64,000 nt of DNA from Sedimentisphaerales bacterium (GTDB lineage Bacteria > Planctomycetota > Phycisphaerae > Sedimentisphaerales > SM23-30). The notes beneath the pieces are model-generated. The model was not told the origin of the DNA. It worked only from the letters and a program-made list of their open reading frames with translations, and did not search any database. The DNA lies in assembly GCA_963663965.2 (NCBI GenBank), contig CAXXFK010000028.1, positions 448,001-512,000 on the forward strand. The letters are read 5' to 3'. Below are positions 23,224 through 33,712 of this stretch, one piece after another; the first letter of the stretch is position 1, and each line of letters opens with the position of its first letter. Position numbers and translations under genes: made by a program.

Positions 23224-26178
23224 ATGGATAAACAATTAAAATTGGCAATGGTAATCCTGTTAGGATGCTTGGCCATACTGGCATTAACCCTTGAACTATT
23301 CGCAGAAGATGCCATTGAACCACGGCAAAAGCTAAATTTAGATTATGACTGGCGGTTTCAATTGGGTGATCAGGATGGACTGCAAGGACCAACATATGAC
23401 GATGCAGATTGGCTTTTACTGGATCTGCCTCATGACTGGAGTATCGAAGGGGAGTATTCGCCCGATAACACCCCTCAAAACGCATGGTTACCGGGTGGGA
23501 TTGGGTGGTATCGCAAACATTTTACCGTACCGGAAAGCTGGATAAATCAAAAGGTATTGATTCAGTTTGAAGGCGTTTATATGAATAGTGATGTTTGGCT
23601 TAACGGTCATCATCTGGGTAATCGCCCTTATGGATATATCAGTTTTCAGTATGATTTGACGCCATATTTGAAAAAAGGGGATAATATTCTGGCGGTGCGT
23701 TGTGATAATTCTTTGCAGCCCAGTAGCCGCTGGTATTCCGGCAGCGGAATCTACGGCCATGTTCGATTGCTGCTGTTGCCAAAGCTTTATGTGATTCCCT
23801 GGGGAGGGGTATTTGTCAGGCCCGCCAGTCAATCTGACTCAAATATGACGGAATTAAAGGTTAGTATTGAGTTATTTAACGAAGCCCAGATGAATGAAAT
23901 TGAAATAGCTAACCGCCTGTTTTCTCAAGATGGCGACTTGGTTGCCGAAACGATAAATACGATTCAAGCCCAAAGTCAGACCCTCTCTACCATCGATATG
24001 ACTATGAAGGTAAAGGATCCAGTATTCTGGTCACCGGATAATCCATATCTATATCGATTTGAAACGATACTCAGCAATCATGGCCGTATCGTCGACAGGG
24101 ATTCATTCGCCTATGGCATTCGGATCTTGAAATGGGACAGCGAATCGGGTTTCTGGCTTAATGGGATCAATACCAAATTACATGGTGTTTGTGAACATCA
24201 TGATGGCGGCCCGGTTGGAGCGGCCATCCCCGACAAGTTGTTGGAATGGCGCTTGCGTCTCCTGAAAGAAATGGGTTGTAATGCGATTCGTACCGCTCAT
24301 AATCCACGTACTCCGACATTTTATGATATGTGTGACCGGATAGGATTGCTGGTCATGGATGAAGTCTTTGACGGATGGCGTCAAAAGGCAACCTATGATT
24401 ATGGGGCTCGTTTCTTTAATGAGTGGTGGCAGCGGGATGTCACAGACTGGGTTCGACGTGACCGCAATTATGCCTGTGTTTTTCTATACAGTATCGGTAA
24501 TGAAACGGGGCATACCGATGTGAATCATATTACAGATTTCATTCATAAATTGGATGACAGTCGACAGGTTACCGGCGGAACCTGTTTCTATGGGGTCGAT
24601 GTGGCTGGATTTAACGGCCCCGGCGGCACCCCGGGTACCATGGAAAAGTTTCGAAAGGATAATCCTGGCGTTCCTGTTATTTTAACCGAAGAACCTCATA
24701 CCCTGCAAACTCGCGGGTTCTACCGGGTGCCTACCTGGTGGCGGGATAAAAACAATCCCCGGTTTGACTTTGAACCCTATGGCGCCACACAGATCTTTTT
24801 CGATGGGCATGAACGCTACCATTCATCTTATGACAATGCCTTGGTCCGAATGAATAGCCGCTATTCTCTGAAACGGACAGAATCAACCCCGTGGCTGAGT
24901 GGCGAGTTTCGCTGGACAGGCTTCGATTGCCTGGGAGAAGCGCAGTTTATGGGAGCGGAGTTCTGTAAACGGATTTATAATCCTGGTATAATCGATCTGG
25001 CGGGGTTTCCTAAAGATAGCTATTACTTATATCAGAGCCAGTGGACGGATAAACCCATGGTGCATGTTCTGCCCCATTGGACCCATCGGCATCTGAAAGA
25101 AGCGACAGTTATTCCAGTCGTAGCATATTCCAATTGCCAGGAAGTGGAACTTTGGTTGAACCATAAGAGCCTGGGGCGGAAAGAAAGGGGAGAATTACTG
25201 GATTTTGTCTGGAATGTGCCCTATGAACCCGGTGAAATGAAAGCGGTTGGTTATCAAAATAATACGCCCCAGGTAACGAAAATTATCCGGACTGCCGGCG
25301 ATCCGGTCGCCATCCGGTTGCAGACGAATAGTAACAACCTCTTGGCTGACCGACGTGACATGGCGTTGGTCACCTTTGATGTGGTTGACGCGGAAGATAA
25401 CAGGGTTCCATGGGCTTCCAATCGGATAGATTTTTCCTGGGCCGGCCCCGTTAAGCGCCTTGGATTTGAAAACGGTGACCCAATGGATCCCACCCCTCAT
25501 CGAAAGGCTTATCGAAGAACCTTTTATGGCATGGGAAGAGGCTTCTTTCAGGCAACGGATGAATCCGGCCCGATTGAAATGACTGCGGCTGCCATTCTGG
25601 GTGATACGTTGTTTCAAGATCACACACAGGTTGCGATTGATATTCAACGTTTGAGTTTGCGTGATGGCTTGCAGCCGGTGTCTTTCAGTATCCATTATAC
25701 CATTGATGATTCAGAACCGACGGTTGACTCCCCCTTATATAACGGTCCTTTTGTATTGACAGAAAAAACAACGGTTAAGGCCTTAATTCTCAGAGATGGC
25801 CAACCATTTCTGTGCTTGAAATCCGATTTCATTAAGGGGGCCGAACCACGAGTCACGGACGTACGTTTCCAACAAGCTATAGAAAATACGCCAGATCCTT
25901 ATTTGGGGCCATATGATGAGGAAATTGTTGGGCAATGGTTTGAAAATAACCGGATATTCGAATTTAGGGCGGATGGTACGGTGCATCGGCTGAGACCGGC
26001 TCCCCAAATGATAGGATGGTGGTGGTATGATTATCCCAACGATGTTTTTGAAGCCGAAAATGATACCGGTTCGGGAGAATTGCATTGGAAAGATTCAGGA
26101 CGCAGAAGTAAGCTCAAACTGACAACAGATAAAAAAATATTGAAGGTAGACAATCGAACCTGGAACAAATCTATATAA
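23224..26178 (+). CDS. Secreted GH2 glycoside hydrolase (beta-galactosidase-like) with C-terminal extension
   Basis: LPHDWSIEG, GGIGWYRK.F, FEGVYMNS.VW.NG, SRWYSGSGIY, MGCNAIRTAHNP, RDRN, SIGNE; C-terminal IHYT.D.SEPT..SPLY FN3-associated repeat. Confidence 0.92.
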   Translation: MDKQLKLAMVILLGCLAILALTLELFAEDAIEPRQKLNLDYDWRFQLGDQDGLQGPTYDDADWLLLDLPHDWSIEGEYSPDNTPQNAWLPGGIGWYRKHFTVPESWINQKVLIQFEGVYMNSDVWLNGHHLGNRPYGYISFQYDLTPYLKKGDNILAVRCDNSLQPSSRWYSGSGIYGHVRLLLLPKLYVIPWGGVFVRPASQSDSNMTELKVSIELFNEAQMNEIEIANRLFSQDGDLVAETINTIQAQSQTLSTIDMTMKVKDPVFWSPDNPYLYRFETILSNHGRIVDRDSFAYGIRILKWDSESGFWLNGINTKLHGVCEHHDGGPVGAAIPDKLLEWRLRLLKEMGCNAIRTAHNPRTPTFYDMCDRIGLLVMDEVFDGWRQKATYDYGARFFNEWWQRDVTDWVRRDRNYACVFLYSIGNETGHTDVNHITDFIHKLDDSRQVTGGTCFYGVDVAGFNGPGGTPGTMEKFRKDNPGVPVILTEEPHTLQTRGFYRVPTWWRDKNNPRFDFEPYGATQIFFDGHERYHSSYDNALVRMNSRYSLKRTESTPWLSGEFRWTGFDCLGEAQFMGAEFCKRIYNPGIIDLAGFPKDSYYLYQSQWTDKPMVHVLPHWTHRHLKEATVIPVVAYSNCQEVELWLNHKSLGRKERGELLDFVWNVPYEPGEMKAVGYQNNTPQVTKIIRTAGDPVAIRLQTNSNNLLADRRDMALVTFDVVDAEDNRVPWASNRIDFSWAGPVKRLGFENGDPMDPTPHRKAYRRTFYGMGRGFFQATDESGPIEMTAAAILGDTLFQDHTQVAIDIQRLSLRDGLQPVSFSIHYTIDDSEPTVDSPLYNGPFVLTEKTTVKALILRDGQPFLCLKSDFIKGAEPRVTDVRFQQAIENTPDPYLGPYDEEIVGQWFENNRIFEFRADGTVHRLRPAPQMIGWWWYDYPNDVFEAENDTGSGELHWKDSGRRSKLKLTTDKKILKVDNRTWNKSI

Positions 26179-26275
26179 AACTACCTGACAAAACTCATTT
26201 CGTTAGGGCTCTTAGCCTAAATAGACTATGTGATTCTAAAGGACAATAAACCGACAACTAGATTGGATTAACTGC

Positions 26276-28855
26276 ATGAGATTAACTACAGCGAAAGCGA
26301 CTCTATATTGGAATATCATGTTCCTGTGGGCTTTAATGCCTTTATGCTTCTGTCAGGCTGAACAATTAATTGATGGTTCCCGGTTAACTCAGTTAACGGA
26401 TGATGGGTTGTCATCGGCGCTTAGCTGGGCCTGGCATGGCGACTGGATTGCGATTCGGCGCTCGCTACCTACCGGCAGTCAAAGCCAGTTGGTCATTTTA
26501 AATACTGCCAATGGCGACGAACGGATCATTTCACCTATCGGTAGCCCATTTTTCCTGCAATGGTCCTGGGGGAGTGACCAGATCGCGTTCGAAATGTCCA
26601 ATGAATCCAACTCCGAAAGCCAGGGGGCAGTATATCTATATTCTATGGCGGATAATCGTTATAGCAGTATATCACAGCCCTGTTTACGGAAAGGGCTCGA
26701 TCCGGATGATGGCCCGTTCTGGTCTGCAGATGACAATATGCTGATCTATGAAATGACCCCGGCTTCTACCGGTAAGCGTCAGACCTGGCTGACAGATGTG
26801 ACTACTGGTAAAAGCTGGCAGCTATTACCTGAACGAGGGCAGGCGCGGGAACAGCGATGGAATTACGCTAATCCTGGACGTATCTGCCTGCAGGTCGAAG
26901 CGCCCGGCGGCTGGGATGTCGCTACTGTTAATCCGGATGGCCGCAACTTTGTTCAGTTAACGGATATTGGTGTGGAAACGATTCTTACGGGCAACCCCCG
27001 CTGGTCGCCAATAGGTGATTGGATCGCGTTTACCTATGCTAAAGACATGACTCAAACCGAGCGGCTGGGAGGGGCGCGTGATTGCTGGATTGCCCGCCCG
27101 GATGGCAGTGATTTAAGAAATCTGACCAATGCGACGACTCCGGTTACGGAAAAGCGCTTGATTCTGGAAAAACCGTTCTGGTCATGGGATAGTCGCTGGT
27201 TGCTTTTTGAAGGAGATCGTCTGGATATTCAAGGCATGGTGATTCCATGTGTCTATTTAATCGATCCGGTTAATGGCGGCTATGAAATGCTGTTGACAAC
27301 TTATCCGCGTGAAAATAGTACCATGGAAACGATAAGAGCACTGAAATGGGCTTATAACAGTAAACAGATTGCGGTCATGGGAAATCGATGGATTGTGCGC
27401 AACTGGGGGCCCGAAGTTCAATATGAACGAAAAAAGACGTTTATAGCTATTTTTGATTTGAAAACTCGTCAGAGAACAGACTTGCTGGTGTTAGATGATG
27501 AGCAGGACCGCAAAACAATCATGGGGGACGATGACCGGGATGTTTTTGAAGATATCTGGTGGTCCCCGGATAGCCGTTCGCTTATTTTCACGATCGGTGA
27601 GATCATTAGCGTCTCTGACAACCTTTATCGGAATAATGTATATCGACTGGATTTGCCGGCGGCGTTTATCGGCCCCGAAACCGATGGTCCGGTTTTGGGG
27701 CGTGAAGACGCCTTGACTGTGATTAATGATAAAAAGGATGGTGATGATGGCGCTGTGGATGATACCCTTGTTCCAATCGATACCAAAACGGAAACACTCC
27801 CAGATAAAACCAGTGCCGAAGTCACAGAAGTGATTCAGCCCATGCACATGACAGTTGACGAGGCGGTTACGTCTCTGGATAATAAGTACAGTAGTTATTT
27901 TACGACCAATACGACTCGTAATGTCTTGCTATTTAAAGGACCACGTTCTGTATTGGCGGAATTGAAGGCTGATTTGCAGCAGATTGACACCGAACCCCCG
28001 CAAATCATGGTGGATTTGCTGGCGGTGGAATTAACTGATGAAGCGAATCGCAGCCTGGGGTTGGACTGGACCTATTCCAAAGGACGCATAGGATTGTTTC
28101 AGCCGGCCGGCAACGCCATTCGTGATCTGACGCCCTATTCCGGTCTGAATGGCCTGACGACCTATCCCGGTGTTGGCCAGATGTTTTATCAAGGTGTTGG
28201 CCGGTTGCCGGAGGAATTTTTTGTCAGGGTCAATAGCTTTGTGCAGGATGGCAAAGGGACAATCCTGGCCAATCCTCGTACGGTTTCCATTAGCGGGCAG
28301 GAATCCCGTATCCAGATCCGCAAAACTCTGAATTACTTCTTTAATGAAGGATATGACACTGCCGGCCGACCGATTGTCAAAAAAAGCGATATTTCCGCCG
28401 ATACTGAGGGCCGGATTACCCCTATTCTCCTGGGGGATGGCCGGATTCATATGACTGTCGATATCAAAGTGGGGAGTTTTACTTTCACGCCCGAAGCCGG
28501 TCTGCCCGAACAGACCAACCGCGAATCGACGGCAGTCGTCACGGTCAGTGAAGGAGAAACTCTGGTACTGGGGGGCTTAAGGCAGCAGGAAATGAACAAA
28601 TCGACGGTTAAGGTTCCGATTCTGGGAGATATCCCGCTATTGGGTTTATTGTTTAAAAAGGAAGAAAAACAGGTTAAACACAGCGTCCTGACCTTATTTA
28701 TTACGCCGCATATTTTAAAAGAGGGCGAACCCACCCCGGATTGGCAGCAATTAAAGAAAATGAATGGTGACGATGATATCTTTACCGAGTCCCTGACCAA
28801 ATGGTTGCGGCTGGCCGGGCATGAAAATCTATTGGAATCAGTCGAAATGGAATAA
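26276..28855 (+). CDS. TolB/PD40-like beta-propeller fused to a C-terminal secretin domain
   Basis: Signal peptide; repeated W(S/A)P/WS.DG..IAF blades; C-terminal QIMVD..AVE.......LGLDW, ILANPR, V.V..GETLVLGGL, KVPILGDIPLLG.LFK, L.LFITP.I secretin motifs. Confidence 0.85.
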   Translation: MRLTTAKATLYWNIMFLWALMPLCFCQAEQLIDGSRLTQLTDDGLSSALSWAWHGDWIAIRRSLPTGSQSQLVILNTANGDERIISPIGSPFFLQWSWGSDQIAFEMSNESNSESQGAVYLYSMADNRYSSISQPCLRKGLDPDDGPFWSADDNMLIYEMTPASTGKRQTWLTDVTTGKSWQLLPERGQAREQRWNYANPGRICLQVEAPGGWDVATVNPDGRNFVQLTDIGVETILTGNPRWSPIGDWIAFTYAKDMTQTERLGGARDCWIARPDGSDLRNLTNATTPVTEKRLILEKPFWSWDSRWLLFEGDRLDIQGMVIPCVYLIDPVNGGYEMLLTTYPRENSTMETIRALKWAYNSKQIAVMGNRWIVRNWGPEVQYERKKTFIAIFDLKTRQRTDLLVLDDEQDRKTIMGDDDRDVFEDIWWSPDSRSLIFTIGEIISVSDNLYRNNVYRLDLPAAFIGPETDGPVLGREDALTVINDKKDGDDGAVDDTLVPIDTKTETLPDKTSAEVTEVIQPMHMTVDEAVTSLDNKYSSYFTTNTTRNVLLFKGPRSVLAELKADLQQIDTEPPQIMVDLLAVELTDEANRSLGLDWTYSKGRIGLFQPAGNAIRDLTPYSGLNGLTTYPGVGQMFYQGVGRLPEEFFVRVNSFVQDGKGTILANPRTVSISGQESRIQIRKTLNYFFNEGYDTAGRPIVKKSDISADTEGRITPILLGDGRIHMTVDIKVGSFTFTPEAGLPEQTNRESTAVVTVSEGETLVLGGLRQQEMNKSTVKVPILGDIPLLGLLFKKEEKQVKHSVLTLFITPHILKEGEPTPDWQQLKKMNGDDDIFTESLTKWLRLAGHENLLESVEME

Positions 28856-28901
28856 AAATAATGGGGATTTCATGAATCGTTGATACATCCTGTCATAGGA
28901 T

Positions 28902-28937
28902 AAAAAAAGCCGGATCTGTTTAATGATCCGGCTTTTC
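28902..28937. terminator. Bidirectional terminator between the secretin gene and gpmI
   Basis: AAAAGCCGGATC (28905-28916) / GATCCGGCTTTT (28925-28936). Confidence 0.8.
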
Positions 28938-28959
28938 AGGTCTCATGTTTTGTTGGATT

Positions 28960-30537
28960 TTAATGAATAATGATCGTTTTTCCGGTCATTTCTTCTGGCT
29001 GGGAAACTCCCATGATATCCAGGCAGGTTGGAATGACATCTGCCAGCCGGCCGTCTTCACGAAGTTTACAGACTTTAAGTTCTTTATCTACCACGATAAA
29101 CGGTACTGGGTAGGTCGTGTGAGCGGTATGAGGTCCATTGGTCGTGACATCCCACATGAGTTCAAGGTTGCCATGATCCGCCAGTACGACTGCGGAACCC
29201 CCCATCGCTTCAATTTTTTCGATGATTCGTCCAACACAGGTATCTACCGTTTCAGCAGCCTTGATAGCCGCTTGCATGTCCCCGGTATGTCCGACCATGT
29301 CGGGATTGGCAAAATTAATCACCATGACATCATATTCGTTAGAATCCAGACGTTTTAGTACTTGATCGCAGACTTCATATGCGGACATTTCGGGCTTTTC
29401 ATCGTATGTCCTCACCTTGGGAGATGGGACAATCTGGCGGTCTTCACCCGGGAAGGGGGGTTCGGTATAATCGTTAAAGAAAAAGGTGACGTGGGCGTAT
29501 TTTTCGGTTTCGGCGCAGCGAAACTGTTTCAAACCCAGTTTCGACCAGTATTCGCCGACGATATTTTTCATTTTTGGCGGTTTTTTAAAGGCCACCGGCG
29601 CCGGGATCGTCTTATCGTATTCGGTCAGGCAGACATAATACAGTTGGGGTAACGCGCCTCGATCGAAAGCGGAAAATTCAGGATCGACGAATGCCCGGGT
29701 AATTTCCCGTGGTCGATCACCCCGAAAATTGAAAAATACTACCGAATCGCCATCTTCTACCAATGCGATCGGATTGCCATTGGCATCGGTTATATTGGTT
29801 GGCTCGACAAATTCATCCGTAATTTGATGGTCATAACTGGCCTGAATCGCTTCGATGGCGTTACTCGCGCGCTCGCCCTTACCATTTCGCATACATTGAT
29901 AAGCTTTTTCAACACGGTCCCAGCGCTGATCACGATCCATACCATAGAAGCGTCCCATGACTGAGGCAAACTGACCGACGCCCATTTCGTCCATTTTGCT
30001 TTGGATGTCAGTTAAGTATCCTTTGCCGCTGGTGGGTGGGGAATCACGACCATCCATTAAAGGGTGGACGAAGACACGGTCTAAATCATTACGCTTACAC
30101 ATTTCCAACAGCCCATACAGATGCCCAAGCAGGGAATGTACTCCGATATCGCTGGCCAGGCCGATAAAATGGATTTTGGACTGGTTTTTCTTGGCATTGT
30201 CAATCGCCTTCAGCAACTCTTCATTTTCAAAAAAGGTGCCTTGACGGATTTCATTGGTGAGGCGCATCGATTCCTGAAAAACAATCCGGCCGGCTCCAAT
30301 ATTCTGATGGCCCACTTCACTATTACCCATAGTTCCCGGTGGAAGGCCCACATCTTCCCCGCTGGTTCGAATCAGAGTCCAGCTATATTCACGATTGAGC
30401 CGGTCTGCGGTAGGCGTATTGGCTACACGCGTTGCGTCATAAGCATGCATGGCGGGGTCTTCGTTGTATCCCCACCCATCACGGATGATTATCGCAAACG
30501 GGCGTGTACGTAATTTGGGTTTTATGGCTTCTGGCAT
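28960..30537 (-). CDS. gpmI: 2,3-bisphosphoglycerate-independent phosphoglycerate mutase
   Basis: DGWG, MGNSEVGH, DGRD, MDRD.RW, NFRGDR, AETEKYAHVTFF, NPDMVGHTG, ADHGN, HTAHT. Confidence 0.97.
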   Translation of the reverse strand: MPEAIKPKLRTRPFAIIIRDGWGYNEDPAMHAYDATRVANTPTADRLNREYSWTLIRTSGEDVGLPPGTMGNSEVGHQNIGAGRIVFQESMRLTNEIRQGTFFENEELLKAIDNAKKNQSKIHFIGLASDIGVHSLLGHLYGLLEMCKRNDLDRVFVHPLMDGRDSPPTSGKGYLTDIQSKMDEMGVGQFASVMGRFYGMDRDQRWDRVEKAYQCMRNGKGERASNAIEAIQASYDHQITDEFVEPTNITDANGNPIALVEDGDSVVFFNFRGDRPREITRAFVDPEFSAFDRGALPQLYYVCLTEYDKTIPAPVAFKKPPKMKNIVGEYWSKLGLKQFRCAETEKYAHVTFFFNDYTEPPFPGEDRQIVPSPKVRTYDEKPEMSAYEVCDQVLKRLDSNEYDVMVINFANPDMVGHTGDMQAAIKAAETVDTCVGRIIEKIEAMGGSAVVLADHGNLELMWDVTTNGPHTAHTTYPVPFIVVDKELKVCKLREDGRLADVIPTCLDIMGVSQPEEMTGKTIIIH

Positions 30538-30838
30538 ATTGAATCCTCTCTGTTTTTGTTTTTTACTTGGGTTTATTCAGTTTCGTGGTGAGTGTGCATT
30601 GAGAGCGCTGGATTCCAGAATCCTGTCATCAGTTGGAAGCAGAGAGACTGGAGGATAATATGAAAATGCCCCTGTTGGATTTCTCTCTCAGGTTTGCACG
30701 GTCTCTCACTCATGAACATTTTTTCAAGCGCTCGGTTAATTTTAGTGCGACAAAACGAATATTGACTGGTATTTTGGGAAAACTATCTGTTTTGTTTCGT
30801 ATTGTAGCGTTTATCCAACACTAGAAATAGCAAAAAGA

Positions 30839-31002
30839 TGCCGGTCCTGATGGTTGTGGCTTGGTTTGCCTGTGCCCAACAGGTATACTGGACGGAGTAG
30901 TAAAGATAGCTTTAACGAGGTGAATAATCAAGGACATTGTCTCTGAAATGTCGCAACAGACCCTGGCGGGGAAAATGTCATTTCCGCTTATCAGGATCGG
31001 CA
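30839..31002 (+). ncRNA. Candidate structured non-coding RNA (family unassigned)
   Basis: A 13-bp closing stem TGCCGGTCCTGAT / ATCAGGATCGGCA (one G-U) encloses several small hairpins in an intergenic region. Confidence 0.35.
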
Positions 31003-31077
31003 GCACAGAGCGACTTGAATTGTAACTTTTGTTTTAATAGTGAGTTAAAGCGCAGTTGAAGAGACTGGAACTGGATA

Positions 31078-32727
31078 ATGATTAAATCCATGCATAAAAT
31101 GTCTATTCGGATTGTATCGATTATCGTGATTATATCGATGATCGGAATCGTATCGGTTTTATCGGTATCGGCGCAGACGTCGAATGACACGACTGTTTAC
31201 GAGACGTTATTGCGTCAGGCAGAGCATGCTTCTAACGGTTCGATGTGGGAAAATGCCTGCGAATTTTATGAAGAAGCCCTCAAGTTTACTCAGGTTGAAC
31301 AACGTGAGGATGTTGAATTAAAACTGGAGATGTGTCGAGCTCATTGGGCGGTAGATAAACGTTATGGGGATGGTTCGGTTGCCAAACATATCCGGTCTCT
31401 TAGCTTTGAACAGGGTTGCGATATCGTCAAGCGTATCTGGATGACCATTCGAGAGCAATTTTATCAGCCGCTTGATACGGATAGAATCATTCATAAAGCA
31501 TTAATGCAAATGATAATGGTGCTTGAAAAAAAACTCGAGAGTGATTTGGACCGATTAAATCGTGAAACCATAGAACGATTGAGTAAGGATCTTCAGGAAA
31601 TTCTAAATGAGGTTAAACGGACTAGTGATTATGGCTTTGACCGGCTCTATTATCGCTTGTCCGGACTGAGTATACAAAGTGAAAAGGCTGGTTTGGGTGA
31701 TGCCTGGCCCATGGTTGAGCTGGCTTATGCCCTGGCCGCCTCACTGGACCGTTATAGTTACCTCTTAAGCCCGGAACAATATGATCGCATGTATGATCAA
31801 CTATTGGGGCATTATAGCGGCATTGGAGTCGATTTGATCTTTACCGACCAATATCCTTTCGTTTTTGATGTGGTCCCCGGTGGATCAGCGCAACAGAGCG
31901 GAATTAAACCAGGAGATCGGCTGCATAAGGTGGATGGCAAGGATTTGAATGGTAAAAATTCTGAGGAAGTTCGCAAACTTTTAACTGGTGAGCAGAACTC
32001 CGAGACCATTTTGACGGTCTTGAGGAATGAAAATTCCCGGGAAAATGCCAGATTATTGACCTTGGCGGTCCGCCGAGGGACCATTGAGGCGCAAACAGTT
32101 CGTGATTGCCGCATTTTATCCGGAAAGACGGGGTATTTTCGGGTTACTTCCTTTGATTTTGATACGGCTTGGCAGATGCGCTCAGCTATCGAACAGTTAA
32201 AAAGGGATCATGTCGAGTCTTTAATGATCGATTTACGCAATAATGGCGGCGGTGTATTGGATGCGGCTGTCGATGCCGCCCGATTATTCCTTGGCAGTGG
32301 AATGATTGTCACAGTCAAATCAAATCATGAAAGTGTTAAATACCGCGCAGGGGGCGATAACTTTGCCTGTTTTGATATGCCGGTTATATTGTTGACAAAT
32401 AAAAATACTGCCAGTGCCGCCGAATTGTTCGCCGCTGCTTTACGCGATCATCAACGCGCAATATTGGTCGGAGATAAGACCTTTGGGAAGGGAGTTGTGC
32501 AAACGATCTATCCCATTACCGGTTTTGATTGTGGTTTGTGTATTACCACGGCCAATTATATTCCTCCCGATGGCAATGCATTTGATGGCATTGGATTGGA
32601 ACCCGACCGCAAGGTAAAAAGCAACGATAATAACCCTGAAATAACGTTTTCTGCCCTGGATATGATTTCATTAAATGATCCGTTTATTCAATCCGCATTA
32701 GCGCGCGTGAGCGCAGGATCATCTTAA
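31078..32727 (+). CDS. S41 family carboxyl-terminal processing peptidase with PDZ domain
   Basis: LDRYSY, YSGIGV, PDZ (GIKPGDR...VDG), IDLRNNGGG, TASAAE (Ser), TFGKG.VQ (Lys), G.GLEPD. Confidence 0.9.
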   Translation: MIKSMHKMSIRIVSIIVIISMIGIVSVLSVSAQTSNDTTVYETLLRQAEHASNGSMWENACEFYEEALKFTQVEQREDVELKLEMCRAHWAVDKRYGDGSVAKHIRSLSFEQGCDIVKRIWMTIREQFYQPLDTDRIIHKALMQMIMVLEKKLESDLDRLNRETIERLSKDLQEILNEVKRTSDYGFDRLYYRLSGLSIQSEKAGLGDAWPMVELAYALAASLDRYSYLLSPEQYDRMYDQLLGHYSGIGVDLIFTDQYPFVFDVVPGGSAQQSGIKPGDRLHKVDGKDLNGKNSEEVRKLLTGEQNSETILTVLRNENSRENARLLTLAVRRGTIEAQTVRDCRILSGKTGYFRVTSFDFDTAWQMRSAIEQLKRDHVESLMIDLRNNGGGVLDAAVDAARLFLGSGMIVTVKSNHESVKYRAGGDNFACFDMPVILLTNKNTASAAELFAAALRDHQRAILVGDKTFGKGVVQTIYPITGFDCGLCITTANYIPPDGNAFDGIGLEPDRKVKSNDNNPEITFSALDMISLNDPFIQSALARVSAGSS

Positions 32728-33111
32728 TTGTCATACTGAAGTATTAGTAATCGGCACATTTTTCAACAAGCAAACTGTTGTAAGTTCTTCGAGACTGCAA
32801 CAGTTTTTTTATGGTAAGCGAATACCGATTGAAGAAGATGAATACGAATTTTTTGAAAAAAAATTAAAGAATAAGGTTGCAATTCAAGTGAAAAAGTTAA
32901 AAACTATGAAGTAAATAGATAATTATTGACGATAGTTTGAACAAATCGAATAGTTTTTATTTTGAAAAGTGAATAGAGTACGCTATAAAGAGAAATAGTA
33001 AAGCGTTTAAAATTTCAAGTGAACGCTATTTGACAACTGAATCTTAAATTGTAATCGTGTGTTGTGTTTTAAGTTTTATTATTCCACCTAGCCGAAGGGA
33101 GGTGACACTCT

Positions 33112-33321
33112 ATGGCTAAAAAAGTAGCGAAGAAAGCTGTCAAGAAAACCGCAAAGAAACCTGCTGCTAAAAAACCCGCAGCTAAGAAACCCGCAGCCAA
33201 GAAACCGGCCGCTAAAAAGACAGCGAAAAAAGTTGTAAAGAAAGCAACCAAAAAGGTCGCAAAAAAGGCAACTAAAAAAGTAGTCAAGAAAGCAACCAAA
33301 AAAGCAGCTAAGAAAAAATAA
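33112..33321 (+). CDS. Histone H1-like, Lys/Ala-rich basic protein
   Basis: Strong GGGAGGTGA RBS; only K/A/P/T/V after Met; (KKPAA)4 and KKA(T/V)KK repeats; followed by its own terminator. Confidence 0.85.
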   Translation: MAKKVAKKAVKKTAKKPAAKKPAAKKPAAKKPAAKKTAKKVVKKATKKVAKKATKKVVKKATKKAAKKK

Positions 33322-33378
33322 GTATTAGCTGTATGGTTTGCGATTTCTACTGTGGATTTCCGCAGTACAAATCGATGA

Positions 33379-33419
33379 TGGAAGATCACACCGAAAGGCT
33401 GGATCTTCCATTTTTTTTT
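33379..33419 (+). terminator. Intrinsic terminator after the histone-like gene
   Basis: TGGAAGATC / GATCTTCCA stem followed by a T9 run. Confidence 0.85.
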
Positions 33420-33712
33420 GGTATTTTAATGTTATTTGCCGGCATAGAAGCTGGTGTTTGTGTTGTTATCATTCTGTAAATAATAAAGTTACGGAAATTT
33501 GATTATATAGTGCCATCCTTTTTTGATTTGCCAGTTTGCCTGTGGCGGATTATACTGATCACTCAATCGTGTTGCTCGAATTTGACCCAGGTTGTTGCCT
33601 GATTCTATGCGATTGAGATTCCGTGACAGACTGAACTATAGCTCAAAGTTCCGGATGTTTTGTCTCTGGACTGTCACAGAGGTGATTCTACCGGTTACGA
33701 CAGGTGATATTC

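Noticed and set aside
33069..33389. Hydrophobic 106-aa minus-strand ORF (FLAAG repeats)
   Set aside because: Mirror of the Lys/Ala-rich gene, which has the RBS and terminator
33620..33680. Riboswitch upstream of parA (GTGACAG/CTGTCAC stem)
   Set aside because: Only a 7-bp stem, with no recognisable aptamer consensus
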